52,588 nucleotides of DNA, filler included, from Sphacelaria rigidula (GCA_964200075.2; 4 parts of 4 records of this genome joined end to end with filler, not necessarily neighbours in it); one strand, 5' to 3'. Numbered from the whole stretch's first letter, positions 34,824 to 47,559 are shown. Made by a program: numbers and translations. The notes: a model not told the origin generated them from the letters alone.

Positions 34824-35980
34824 TTTTGCCAGTGATCGAATTAAGGAGAGCGGATGCCCTTCCCCTACCCGGAACTGTCGTTTATACCTTGCGTACGTTT
34901 CCATCTTGAAGTATGCCTTCCCTCCCCTATGCTCATTTCTCCGTTGTCATCCTCTGGGCTGTTTTAGGCATGAAAACGCAGGAAGAATCGAAGGGGGCTG
35001 CGATAGGAGAATGGCAGGCGGAAACAGCACCAACCGACCGCTACAATCGTCCCGCGGCAATGTCGTGTGTATTTCGTCGAGATGTCGCTGCTTTCTCCTA
35101 CATAACATGCTTTCTTGTGTTTTCCCTCATGTAATATTAGCACACTAGCACTCGTTTTGGGGAGGGGGGGGGGAGGGGGTATTGTCGTTCTCGGTGATTT
35201 GTTTCATTGTTTCATTTTTTTTTCATGATTATTTTATTTTTGTTTATTTTATGTTATGTTATTTCGCGTTTCCTTTGCGGTATGTGTATGCGTATGTGTA
35301 CGCATTTCGCGCTACAACTTGTCGCTGCGCGTGGACGCTGTTGTTATCCAAAGCAGTCGAGGGTTTCCCCTGTGCTGTATTGTGTGCACCAGTGGCTCGC
35401 TAACTCTTGCGCCCTCTCGAGGTACGCCTGGCTTCCTGCAGCGACCCTACTTTTACAGCCGAGGCTTCATCAACCACCCTGCGACGATACACCCTGAAAT
35501 TCGATCTTGTGCTAGACTCGCTCTTCCTGTCCTCTCGTGGGAAGTACTCGTAGGAGTTCGAGTCGTGCTGCGATAGGGGAGGGGGGGGGGGGATTTGATG
35601 TCCAACTCAAGCACGTTGGTGGAGTAGCCTCTTAGGGACACGACTCGTCAGCATCCGCCTGACTTACGGCTCCGTGTAACATGAAGTAAAACACGGAAGT
35701 GTGCGCTCAATCTTACGCGGGTGCCCATTTCGTTTTGTGTTAATTGTCCACCCCTTCTATCGATGCACCAGTCGTTCAGGTTGTGCAATTTCGGTCTTGC
35801 TTCACCACTACTGGTTCGATTGTTTCAGTTGGTCTAGTGTCTCGTTTCATGCGACAGTCCAGGGAGTGGGGGGGGGGGGGGAATGACTTTCTGGATTAAN
35901 NNNNNNNNGTTTTTTTTTTTTTTGTTTTCTCTTACTTTTTGTGTTTGTTTTTTTTGTTTGGGTGGTTGTTTGCTTGGGGG

Positions 35981-36014
<34 letters not shown>

Positions 36015-36399
36015 TGTCATTCTGGATTAAGATAAAGCATTAGGAAGGAGAGGAATGTGAGAGGGAGGTCGAGCGCTCGCCCTGCCACTTTCTGGATGGT
36101 GTGTGTTTTTCCAGTTGGAAAGTTACCTCGGCCAGGGAGCATGAATGTGGTGCAAACCTTCGCTTGTGCTTTGTCGACTATATCTTGTTTTTCTGTGAAG
36201 GAGCATTCAGTCTCGACAATTGTTCGGCGGCCCGATTTGCGCGTTTGTTAGCGTTTGCGTCTGTGCCACGGTGTTCGATCTTGACGTTGACCGTACGTTT
36301 GGTTTGTGGAGTAAGTTTGGTCTCAGAGGAGTGCTTCGGCGATTGAGTCTCTGTGGCTGTGACGCTTGGTTTGCGAAGCACGTGTTATTGATCTTCCTG

Positions 36400-39000
36400 T
36401 GTCTTTATTTTTTCGTGGCGAAGTATTCCCTGTTTCGTCCATTTGGAGAATTGTTTTGCTGTGTGGTACCATTCGATCCAGCGATATGCTTGCCAGAAAC
36501 TTCCACTCGAGTGCATTGGGTAACGGTGATTTGGTCATGACGGATCTCGTTTTCAATTGAGCAGTGACAGGGATGTATCGTTCGTCCATTGGCTCGTTCG
36601 TTTCTTCGTCGGCTGGTTTGACTCGTATCGCGATGACGGTGTTGGCTATACAGCGACGACCTAGTCGACGAGCATTGCTAGGGTAGCGCGCGTTGTTGGC
36701 CGCGGTACCGTATAGAAAGGGCCGAGGGATGCCACGATGATGGGAGAGAGGGGGTACTGAGAAAGAGCCTGTGAGATGAACCCTGGTTGGTTTTACCACT
36801 CTTGTATCTAACCCTTATCCTGGGAGAGCAGGGAAGATAGATGAGACAAGTGAAGGAGGGAGGAGAGAGAGAGACTCACGTACATCGTTGGTGTTTGGGA
36901 GAGATCGAAGTACCATGCACTGGCCGTACAAAGATGGAGCATCAAAGCCGCGAAGCACAGCTAAGCTAGTGCTTTTTTATGGTGTTGTGGAAAAAAATGA
37001 AGAATGGAAAAAAGGAAGAGCGAAGTAAAGGAGAGCACATCAAGGGTAGAGGGCGTACTGAGATTTGGAGAGTCACACTGTGGACGAACCAATTAGACGG
37101 ACCTAGAGGACGAAAGAACGAACGGACGAACGACATAATCGTACGGTGTCGTGTGGTGCGGTGCGGCAAAGTACGGTATGGCATTGGACGATTGTAAGAG
37201 CGAGAACCACAGACTAGTTGTATCCTTTTTAGCCACTAGGCATCTCGAACACGTGAGGAGGGCAATGAAGGAAATACGCGAGGGCAGGGCACTGAAACGG
37301 TTGCTCCCGTGACGCTGCCGTGTGTGTTATATCTACAATGATGATCAAAACATGAAAATAAAAATGAGTCAATACTGTAGTAGATGATGATCTAAAGATG
37401 TGAGAGGGGAAGTAAGTACTGCGAAGGGACGATGAGTGGTATTGGTGTAGCTGGGTAGGGGTGGGGGTTGATGTGGGATGACAGTGCTTCAAGGGGTTGG
37501 GTTCTTGGTGTTTGTTTTTGTACTTGTTTTATGTTCAGAGTGCCCTCGCGATCACTACGCAGCGAGTAATCAGGCGCTTTTGAGTAAGTAGTCCGTTGTT
37601 ACAAACGTGTTCATGTGAAACCATATAACAGACGATAATTCTGTGATAGCGATGCCATCCTTTTGATGCGGCAGGGCACGCAGGGCGGGACGGGATGTGG
37701 GGAGGGCGGGTATGTAATTGCACACTTAGTTGACCAGACAGCACTCAATGATGTCCCTCTTGAGCAGGGCTGAATGTCGTTATTGTGAAGTATTTTTATA
37801 GTAGAACAAAAATGAAAACAGTAGGTATATAGCCAGTAGCGGCGCTTTTATGTCGTACACCATCTGTAGAGAGATGATTGCAGTGATGGAGGGTGCGTGT
37901 GACAGTGTAGCGATGGTGTAGCTGCCTTGCTTTGTCTTGTCCGTGTGGTGTTCTGACTGTCGTTTGTGGTGGTGGTGTGATGGGTTGGAGTACGTATGCA
38001 TGGTGGAACAGGGCGGGGGAAGCAATTAATCAGTTTTGATATACGCACACACAAAATACTATTTCACCACGTTTAGCAGTCGGCACGATCAATGTGCATG
38101 GGTACATGTCGAACTGCGTCAGAAGACAAGTCTGTAACAGCGAAACCATCCTGTTGGTAAAGCAGCGCACGCGGGACGGGGTAAGGCGGGCGGGCGGGCC
38201 GGGGGGGGGGAGATATGAATGTTTCACACTCACTTAGTGGACCAGACAGCACCCACTTATATCCCTCCTGAGTAGGGCTGAATGTCCCAGTAAGGTTGTA
38301 CTTTCTTTTCAGCACACGTGGCAGCAGATGTATGGCTAGTAGCTGCATTTGTCTGTCGTTGGCCATCTGTCGAGGGGTACGACGGGAGATGACTGAAGGG
38401 CTGCAGGGTCCACGTGTTCTTGTGTTCGATTGAGAATCTTGCCGGGCCGATTGATTGCTATGCGCACAGCTTGTGCCTCTTGATGGTGTGAGGAATGACC
38501 TCTTCTTGATGTCACCGTGGCGTGTCCTTCGTTATCGCGGTGACTTCTTGTTCTGACTACCTGACAAGCATGGCCTGCCTCGTTCTCTGCTACTTTTCTG
38601 TCTTGTGAATACTAGTAGTCCCGTCAAGTTTTGTATTCTGACGGAGTGTAGTACTCACATAACGGGATAGGGTGTAGTGGGGTGATGTGACCATGTGGCT
38701 CTTGACTAGGTTTCCTTGCAGGGGTATGTATATATGCGAGGTTCGACTTGTGTTGAGGCGTATCCGGTGAGTAGCGAAGATGCTCGGGAGGATCAACAAA
38801 TGCTTGTTGTTTATATATCCTCTTTTGCCTCTCTGTTTACTTTCTGCGCTTACTTGTCCCAATCTGTGTGAAGCTCCCGTGCATACAGTTCGATCGAAAA
38901 CTCGAAAGTGCTTGACAGGGGTTGGTCATGATCTTCAACACGCACGTACTCAAAGCGCATGGCGGGTTTCCCGTAGAATCACTCGATACGAGTAGGTGTC
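36400..39000 (-). pseudogene. Cluster of candidate short exons, unidentified, partly duplicated
   Basis: Consensus donors at 38854 (GTAAGC), 38659, 38234 and 36880 (GTGAGT) and 37059 (GTACGC); matching acceptors seen for at least the 37059 and 36880 exons. Duplicated block TFSPTQEGYKWVLSGPL / TFSPAQEGHH*VLSGQL. Confidence 0.3.
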
Positions 39001-39418
39001 AGTCGCTTGATTTTCTATTTTAAGCAGTGAGGGGCATAGTCGATGAATCGAAAAGCCCCCAGCACAGCGCAGCTATAATACCGTAGATTCACGTAATGAT
39101 GTACGGTAGACATTTAGTCTTCCCAGGCGACAGAACTAGTAATCGGTCATTTCCCCCCTTTCTTGGCTGCTGAGGACCGGCGAAAACTTGCGATGATGCG
39201 GCATGCGCTTGGGGAATGCCGTAATACCAACATGCAGTTGCACAATGGTTTTCCCTTCCGTCTGAATAAAAAGGTTGAAGTTGAGAGAAGGGCAGACGAA
39301 AAAACGTTCCCGCACACCTACGTACCTCTTTTCTCTCGTACCTCTCAAGGGAGGGGGGTGTACTCATGATCATGCATTCCATAGTCATAAGACCATAGAA
39401 CTCGCATCCCTACAAAGC

Positions 39419-39518
39419 NNNNNNNNNNNNNNNNNNNNNNNNNNNNNNNNNNNNNNNNNNNNTTAATTAATTAANNNNNNNNNNNNNNNNNNNNNNNNNN
39501 NNNNNNNNNNNNNNNNNN
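39419..39518. other. Artificial contig spacer
   Basis: N44-TTAATTAATTAA-N44. Confidence 0.99.
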
Positions 39519-39897
39519 CCCCCCCCGCTAGTACCACATAGCTGGTGGATACTTTACTAGAAGCAAGAAGCAAGTAGGTTATTCACGCTGAAGAAAAGTT
39601 ACACGCTGGACAATGGACACAATAGCAGTCCATTGCTTCAGCAATAGACACGGGGGAAAATCTATCGATATATATTAGACCCAGGGGTGGGGGGGTGGGG
39701 GGTGCCCAGGCTACATTGTGTGGAACCCTTCATCGACCGAAGATTGAGTTGAGTTAACCAGAGTGGGCTATTGTACACTGCATACTTGATGGAAAAATAG
39801 AAAAAAAGGGTAGCTAGATAGTGAAGGCAATATGACTAGAGCAGTGACTAGGCTGTAGATAGAAAAAAGTTGGAGAGTGGCTAATGCTGCAGCATAC

Positions 39898-39980
39898 CTG
39901 TGGGGGTTTGATAGCAGTCGGGAAGGCCCTTCCACCAGGTCGACACCCACTCCTCTCCAAGCTTCTCCCGCATGACAGCC
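39898..39980 (-). CDS. Aldo/keto reductase, exon 9 (last found in contig)
   Basis: GAAG|G..ACAG|GTATGC. (R)AVMREKLGEEWVSTWWKGLPDCYQTPT(G) resembles the LGE.W..TW..GLP...TP motif of cyanobacterial-type AKRs. Phase 2 matches exon 8. Confidence 0.85.
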
Positions 39981-40519
39981 CTTCATCGTCACGCAAAAAC
40001 GTCGATATTGGTCTGATTTCTGAATTGCGACTGTGTCGACAACTGCGACAGCGCGGTTGTCAGAAAAGTAATGCCCGTCGCTCCCATTTATCAGAACAAA
40101 CGGGATATCGTGGCACAGCAGTTGGGAAATGGAAAGGTACGCATCCTGGAAACCGCAAACGACGCAGTACTCACAATTCAACCACAAAATGGAACGACGC
40201 GCAAAACATATGCGACTGGGCCTGACCCCAAATCGCCTAGGTATTGATACAACGAAACAATCGATACGTTGTCTGCGTGCATGCATTTGAACCTCCTGGA
40301 ACGTTGTTGTTGCTCACATTAGCCCTTCTCCAGAAATCTAGCGCCCGTGGTCACAAAGCCGTGGCGAAAAAAAACAGAAGAGGAGAAAGATAATACACCC
40401 TGAAACGCGAAAAAAGCGGGACCCCAAGAGATGGGTTTCTATGGATACGTCAGAAAAAAAATATATAGGCGAGAATATACGTATGTCTTGAAATACCAAA
40501 ATTTAAAGCAAGGAAAAAT

Positions 40520-43500
40520 CGTTCGTCACATAGTACGCGGACTAGAAGAGGCCAAAAAGGCCACATAGGGGAACTTCACAGGTCGATATACCCAACAAGT
40601 TAGGAGAGGACAAGGCAAGCGAAGGCAAGGCAAAACAAGACGCGATGTGAGCGAAAGAATGGTAGGATCCGAATGCAACCGTACAAAATAGAGAAAGATG
40701 AAGATAAAATAAAAAAAAACAAGAGGAAAGGAGAGAAGGGGATTGGTGCAAAGAAAAGTGAATACTAAAAACAAAACATTGAAACACAAGCGGGAGGTGG
40801 GCGAGGGGGCGGTATCGTCAGGCGATCACGAATCTCGCCATGAACTTTGCCTTGTGCATCTTCTCTCTTCTCTGGCAATGGTGCAGGGAGCTCCGCCCAG
40901 CTTCCCATTTTTTTTTCTTCTCTTCCCGTCCCCTTTCGCCATTTCGCTTTTTTTTTTGGCCCGTCCGCAACCTCGCCCTCCCTTGTTCGCGTTTTGCTTC
41001 ACTCTGCGTCGTCTCCAAACGGCGCTTCGCTGATATTTCCCGTCCTCGTCGATGAAATTCCGTGTTGAATCGCTCCACCCCTTTCCCTAACTTGCCGTAC
41101 CATTCGTGTACTTGCGTGGTGGTCGTTTTCCATCTCCTCCCCTTCTCTCCTTCCACGTCGAAAGCCTCAAAGTCCTGTTCTAGGCAGGGTATCCAGTCGC
41201 GCTGTTACCGTCCTCTGTATAAGCCGTGGCTCATCTCTGGAAGTGGCGATACCAGAAGATGCAGCAACTCATTGTAGGCTGTCATCCAAATGCAAGAATA
41301 TCACCAGGCTTCGGGCCGACCAATCTTAGCAGGATGCAGCTCACCCTTCATGTGACTCGCCGAACACAACACGGCGCTTCGCGGTCGGTAATTTGAGTGC
41401 GAGCCCGGTCCGGCGAAAACCCCTCCACGGCAAGCCTCGAAAGTCCGTCGTTTTCCATGCGGTTGGCGAGTCCGGCAAAGAGTAGTCTCCGCTAGCGCAT
41501 GATGACCTCCGTGCAGTCGGTCTCGAGAGGGGCCTCGGCGTAGGACAGGGGACGGTCCCTTCGCGCCCTTTTGCTCCACCCGATGCAACACGTGAGCAAC
41601 TGGCGGTGCGCCCCGTTGAGCTTGGCGTAGTGCTTCAAACTCAGGTTTCCACGTCGTGCACCCGTTCAGAGGGGTCTCATCCGCTTCGGCTCGGAGCAGC
41701 AGTCATACTTTGAACCAGAGGAAAGCCCCCGCCGGGTGTACATCGATTAGCCATTCCGCCTGAGGCATCCCCATGCTTGAGACAGATGACTGGCAATTTC
41801 CTCGTCCACCTTGTCGTCCTCACAATTAGGCCCCCGAGGTACACAAACCTGCTGGTTTGCCTGTATACCTCGCCGCCGGTGTTGACCCTGAGTGAGCACA
41901 GCTCCAACTCTTTCGGCAGCAAGCACATGATCTTTGTCTTCGGCTCCGACACAATCAGTCCGAACAAACCGAAAACGCGCACGTGGTCGACATCATCTTC
42001 TCGAGGGTGTCAGGCGGTCGCGAAACGATAGCCTCGTCGTCGGCAAACAGCATACTCCACAACGGCTTCACGGTCTCCGCTGTTGTGACCTCTCCTTTTC
42101 CCTTGAATCTCTCTCCATCTTCACCATGTCCGCCATCACCTTGTCGTCTTGGGGGAACTCGCCTACTGATACCATGAGCATCGCGGCGAAGAAAAACAGT
42201 AGCTGTGCCAGGTTGCACCCTTGTCCGAGACCCTGGCCGACGTCGAGCCAGCCGAAGCACGTCTGAACGCCCGTCCGCACACACGCCCTCATGCCGTCGA
42301 GAAACTTGCAGATGATCGCCAGAATCTTGGGGGACACGCCGAATCGCTCCAACACGGTCCACAGCAGCTCTCGGTCGACGGAGTCGCATGCCTTAATGAG
42401 ATCAATGACGCACACGTAGAGCGGGGTGCTCTTCTTCCGCGCCAGCCAGCTTGTGAAGTCGCCGGGCCAAAAACATTGTGGCGTCGGTCGAGTCAGCTGG
42501 ACGGAAGCCGCTTTGCTCCTCTGAGGGGATGCCATCGAGCTCGCAGTATAATGATAGTTGCTCAAGCATGTGGCGACGAGTTTGAGTAGCACTTTCCTGG
42601 CGTGTAACACGACGGAGATGTTCCGGTAGTCGCCAAACTCCGCCGCATCCTCTTTCTTGCAATGCACCTTAGTGGTGGCGTCCTTCCATCTGCTACATCA
42701 TGGCGATCATGGCATTTCTGCCATCTGCTACATGATGACGATGATACCGTAAACTCTCCACGGGAGATCTTGCTCTCCATCGAGGAATAGCTTGATGAGC
42801 TCCGCTGGCAGCTCGTCCGCCGTGCTGTTTTCCTGTTGACCACTCCCCGTATCGCTTCCTCGACCTCGAACCTAGACGATATATCGTCGAGCGGCACGCA
42901 CTTGTGCCCCTGCTTCACCTGCTCCGCCATTCGCGGGTCGAGCGTTGGTGACTTGGTGTTGAAGAGTTTGTGGAACCACCTGGCCCACCGCTTAAGGATG
43001 AGCGCGGGGTCCCGCAGCAGCTTGCCGTCCTCGTCCTCCATGTTTCGCGAGGCGAAGGATTGTTTTCCTTCCGCGTCCAGCCCCTCCATTTGCTTACAAA
43101 AACCGACCATGTTTCCTCCACGGCTTCTCTTCTAGACCTGCGTCGCATACCTCTTGAAGAACTCACACACGACCCTGTCTCTCCACCGGTTGAGCTCATT
43201 CGCCGCTATTTTCAGTTCCCTTGCGGTGTTGGTTGAAACATCGCGATAGTGTAGCCGGGCTGCCTCCCTCTTCCTCCACGGGTCGTGAATCTCGCGCTTC
43301 ACTTCATCGCTCGCACACTAGCCCTTCGGTCCTCGTTTGCATTTGATCCGGGGGCCGGTCTCCGCGGCGATCTCGCCCGCGGTCGACCCAGGTATGGTGG
43401 TGAGGGTGGACTCATGGTTCTATATGCGTAGCCATGAAACTGTTGCCCTCGGTGATGATGGTGTACTCATTATCATGCTTGCCATAGTCATCTGACCGTT

Positions 43501-44795
43501 GACCTCGCATCCCTACAAAGTCGGGACGGAGCACGCCGTTTCACTGGACCAGGCTCGCAATCAATCACCAAGCGCGAAGCGCCGTGTTGTATTCGGCGAG
43601 TCGCATGAAGGGTGAGCTGCTTCCAGCGAAGATTGTTCGGCCCGAAGCCTACTGATTATCTTGCACTTAGATGACAGCCTCGAAAGTGCTGCTTTATTTT
43701 CTGGTATTGCTACCTCGGAAGGCAGCAACGTCTCATACACTGCCTCATGGGTGTCTCACCATAGGTGTGGTGATGGGGAGAGGAAGCAAAGGATCCTGTG
43801 CTGCAGTTCACTCCGGAGGGTGTCCTTCGTCTTCCGTCGTTCGAGGTCCATGGTGGCCCGTCAGCCGCTGTTGTCGCTGTCTCTTACGTCGGTTAAGAGT
43901 TATTTCGGCCGCGAAGTCGAACGGCAGCGTACTGAAACAATGCGCACAGGTTTCGGGTCCACTTGTCGAACCAATACGCAAAGGCGAGTTTGTCCCCTTC
44001 CGTTGTTGGCTTCTTGAAACGTGTATGAGGCTCCGCCCTTGGGTGCGCTTAAGGAAGAGTTGGCGGCGGAGAGTTTGTTGTCCTCGATGAAACCGAGCAG
44101 ACACTCTGCGTTGTCGTTCCGCGAATCGTGCCCGCTTGCATCAAGCACCTTTGTTATATCATGACACCCATCTCCCCTCCTACCCGTCCAGGCACTGGCA
44201 TTGATCTTGACCTCAAGGTGGTCCCGCGGGGCCCCTTCTAGATCACGGCATCTGCTGCTCTCCACAACTGGTCTTCAGCAGTGACATTACTTTTTTCTCT
44301 GGCTGCGTATCCAGACACGAAATAATTTCCGTTCGATTTGCCGAACTGTAGTTGCACCTTCAACAGTCTCGGGCTGATGTGATGCACTCCATCCTGTCTC
44401 CCTCCTCCAATCGTACCAGACAGCCTGCCGGATCGTGAAATCCTACCCCATGCACTTCCTTATTATCCTTCGTCCCGACACGCGCTCCGCTCCACATCAC
44501 CGCATACCCCATCTGAGTGATCAGGTCTTGCCCCTCACGTCTGGCCTCTTGGAGTCCGATGAGATCACAGTCGATCTCGGAACATATTACCTGACGTTTG
44601 TAGCGTTTTGGGCTATGGGGTCCTTGTCTCTGTGAGCGAGTGTACGGACGTCGAAGATACCCAAAATCAGCTCGTCCACGAGTGCCTGTGCTCTGATGCT
44701 CGCTCGTGTTTTTCGGTTCGCAACACGTAAGCGTCAATTCATTTCTTGTTTCTTTCGAACCGTTGTTTTTCCTTCTTTCTATCCATCTCAGCCTA
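40520..44795 (-). mobile_element. Near full-length degenerate RTE-like LINE (APE endonuclease + RT) inside an AKR intron
   Basis: APE: GIFDVRTL, IGLQEARREGQ, HGVGF, KINASAWTG. RT: YRNISVVLHARKVLLKLV, EEQSGFRP, CVIDLIKACDSVDRELLWTVLERFGV, GLGQGCNLAQLLF, MLFADD, FGLIVSEPKTKIMCL, FVYLGG. T-rich 3'UTR. Multiple frameshifts. Confidence 0.92.
43450..43765 (-). mobile_element. LINE 3'-end fragment nested in the RTE element
   Basis: Homologous to 16680-17035. Ends TGAGTACACCATCATC on the minus strand; GGTGATG on both sides may be a TSD. Confidence 0.7.
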
Positions 44796-44819
44796 GAACG
44801 ATTCGTGCCTACGAACCAT

Positions 44820-45090
44820 GCTAAGCTGAGAGGGCGAGAAACAAGTCAAACAGCCGCCCGGAAAACACGAAAGAGAAACCGACCTCAACGTGTGGCGAAT
44901 CGACAGAGACGAGCGAGCATCAGGGCACAGGCACGCGTGGACAAGCTGAATGTGGGTATCTTCAACGTCCGCACACTGGCTTACAGAGACAAGGACTCGA
45001 TCGGTACCAACGCTACAAGCGTCGTGCACATATGTTTTGAGACCCGCTGTGGTCGCATCCGACTCCAAGGGACCAGAGGGAATGAGCCAC
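44820..45090 (+). mobile_element. Inverted second copy of the RTE 5'/APE start
   Basis: RASIRAQARVDKLNVGIFNVRTLAYRDKDSIGTNATSVVHICFETRCGRIRLQGTR, a diverged reverse complement of 44540-44795. Confidence 0.85.
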
Positions 45091-45326
45091 TCAAAGTCAG
45101 TACGACAAAGCGAAGCAGACACGTAGGCAAGTCCGTATTTCTTCTTTTCTTCAGGCCTCGAAACATTTCCACCATGCTGTCGGTCCATCCAGGATGGGCT
45201 TTGGCAAATGATGTAATTGACAAAAACAGCATTCGCAGCACACGGGGAAGGCTGCATGTCTAGTTCCCCCTCTCTCATCACATGTGTATCTCGAGAAAAA
45301 ACAGTATCACACGCATTTTAACGCAC

Positions 45327-45430
45327 CTCAGGGTGTCCTCGACAGGCTTGACCAGCTCGTCTGCCCTTTCGTACAGCTTGGCAGCGGCAACGGGCTCATC
45401 GAAGTCTCCCGGCCTAGCCACGCCCACCGA
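45327..45430 (-). CDS. Aldo/keto reductase, exon 8
   Basis: TTGTAG|TCG..CTGAG|GTGCGT; SVGVARPGDFDEPVAAAKLYERADELVKPVEDTL(R). Confidence 0.88.
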
Positions 45431-46103
45431 CTACAAGCACGACACACAGGACCAAGGGGAATACAGCGTGAGCCTTCAAAATAACATATACGCATCGATT
45501 GGTTCACAACCAGGAGCGACAAAACGGATCGGGAGGGGATTAGTAGACCGACAACGTGTAGTCATGCCGGTGGATTGCCCTCGAAAAGCAGCAACCTGGG
45601 AGGTGTGTGCCTTCCCAGGACGGTTAATGTACATTACACTGTGAACATGCACAAGGACATGAGGGCTTCGAAGATGGACTCAGTAGGGATATCAGGAACC
45701 TGCAATACCGATCCTCTTTATTTCAGGGTGTTTTCCATTTTTGCCGGCACTGACTCTGCCAAGATACTGCGTATCTCCCAGTACTGGCGGTATTGAACTT
45801 TAAAGATATGGATCTGGTATACCCTACCACTCCGAACGCCTTCGGAGAGGGTTGTATTTCGACAGCCCCTTACTAAAAGTCAAGTCCTGCGATGGCAGGA
45901 TACACGATTTCCAACACAAACGTACGGAAGGTCCTCATATATTCTTCACTTTTGTCGACTTTTCGAGCCCCCTCCTGCCTGGCAGGGAGTTCCTAGTATC
46001 AAAAGATCATGTCATCGCTCAACCGTCAGAAAAGCAAAAGGCAGAGAAAACACCCGACAGCACAGGGCATCCCACGATGCATCAAAACTCGAGAGATACG
46101 TAC

Positions 46104-46196
46104 AAATGTGTGCGTGACCGGCTGCTGGGTCCACTGCCACAAGCTGTGGAACTCGATGGGGGTGATGCCCGTCTGGGCACAGGCATCCACAAGCAC
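46104..46196 (-). CDS. Aldo/keto reductase, exon 7
   Basis: GCAG|GTG..TTT|GTACGT; VLVDACAQTGITPIEFHSLWQWTQQPVTHTF. Confidence 0.88.
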
Positions 46197-46752
46197 CTGC
46201 TCAGCACAACAGCGACACGCAAACAGCACGATCATAGTGTTGACGACACCACTGAAGCAGAACAGAACGGTGGTTCACGACATTTACAGGACGTTCAGCT
46301 CACATCCCCCTCCACATCACGTTCTCAAACATTTACATCTATTACCTGCAGATTACAACCAGCAATGACCACAGCACCATCGAACAACAATGGTCCGCGG
46401 CAATACCAACAGCTACACCTTGAACGGCCCAAACAGGGCCCAGACAGCACACCTTCCTCATCAAAGACAAACTATTCCAGAAATCCTCCACGCCCACCTA
46501 CACCAACAATGCCTCACCATATCAGCAACAAACGCGATCAAGAACCACAAACTACGTTGCCACCTACGGCGTGCTCGTACAGGGTTGCCGCTTGTCCTTG
46601 GGAGAGATACACCGCACACTCTCATGTCACTATTCAATAGCAATTAATAGCAATGGATCGTGAACGAAGCAATGGATCGAGATAGCTTACACAACAACGA
46701 TGAGCACCAGTAGACACAACGTCGACGACAACAGCAACCAGCAAATCTCCAC

Positions 46753-46908
46753 CTTCGACGGCTTATACAGCATCCCGCCCTTGTCGTTCGGAGAGATGCA
46801 AAACACCCCCATGTCCAGAGAGTGCGCCAGCTCTACGTTTCCCTGGTTGCCACCATCCGCGCTCTCCTCACGCTGATCCGTCCCAGACGCATGGTACGAC
46901 CCCACAAA
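46753..46908 (-). CDS. Aldo/keto reductase, exon 6
   Basis: CCCAG|TTT..AAG|GTGGAG; contains DMGVFCISPNDKGGMLYKPSK. Confidence 0.9.
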
Positions 46909-47346
46909 CTGGGGTACACCCATACACATCCGCGTGGACAACGCGTTCAGGTTGGCAGAGGAAAGTCTCATCAGCCAATACACAAGCTCACAGAGCTGCG
47001 TCACACGTCATGCATCACGCATGCCTTTCCTACATCTACAGTTCCACCCCTCATCCTAAACTTCAAACCTCTTCTTTTTTCTTGGGCCGGCCAATCATTG
47101 CAAAGATGATCACCTGGTGGAGCACTGGCCTCTTCAAAAATGATCGCGTGGGCGTTTTTGCTTGTCATGAGAAGACACCCTCGATATATCTCGATATTAG
47201 TCACATGAATAGCTACAGACCATAAACAGGTAGACACGAGCCGCAGAAACAGCAGCCACGGGTTCCGATATCATGGGATAGCCGGTCACTTGGATTTCGT
47301 ACCCGTCGATCATATGCTCCAATTTTTCCTTCCACTACTGTGATAC

Positions 47347-47559
47347 CTGGTAGTGTATGTTGATGCTGTCGAATTTGTTGGTGGCGATAGCCGCGCGGAT
47401 GGGTGCAGCGGAGCCGTGAGTGCTGAATCCCACCCACTTGATCTTGCCTTTGGCCCTGTACTCGTCCACAACTTCCATGCACCCTCCCTTCCCGACTGTC
47501 CATTCCAGCTGCTTGATGGTGTTGATGCCATGGAAGGAAAAGATGTCGAGGTACTCCAC
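47347..47559 (-). CDS. Aldo/keto reductase, exon 5
   Basis: CTTAG|GTG..CAG|GTATCA; VEYLDIFSFHGIN..GKIKWVGFSTHG..FDSINIHYQ. Confidence 0.93.

Noticed and set aside
35868..36030. Direct repeat G-run + TTCTGGATTAA around a 9-N gap; poly-G as a G-quadruplex element
   Set aside because: It flanks an assembly gap, so it is probably an overlap or low-quality sequence artefact.
45852..46640. 262-aa + strand ORF
   Set aside because: It is antisense to AKR exon 7 and a low-complexity intron, so it is probably spurious.
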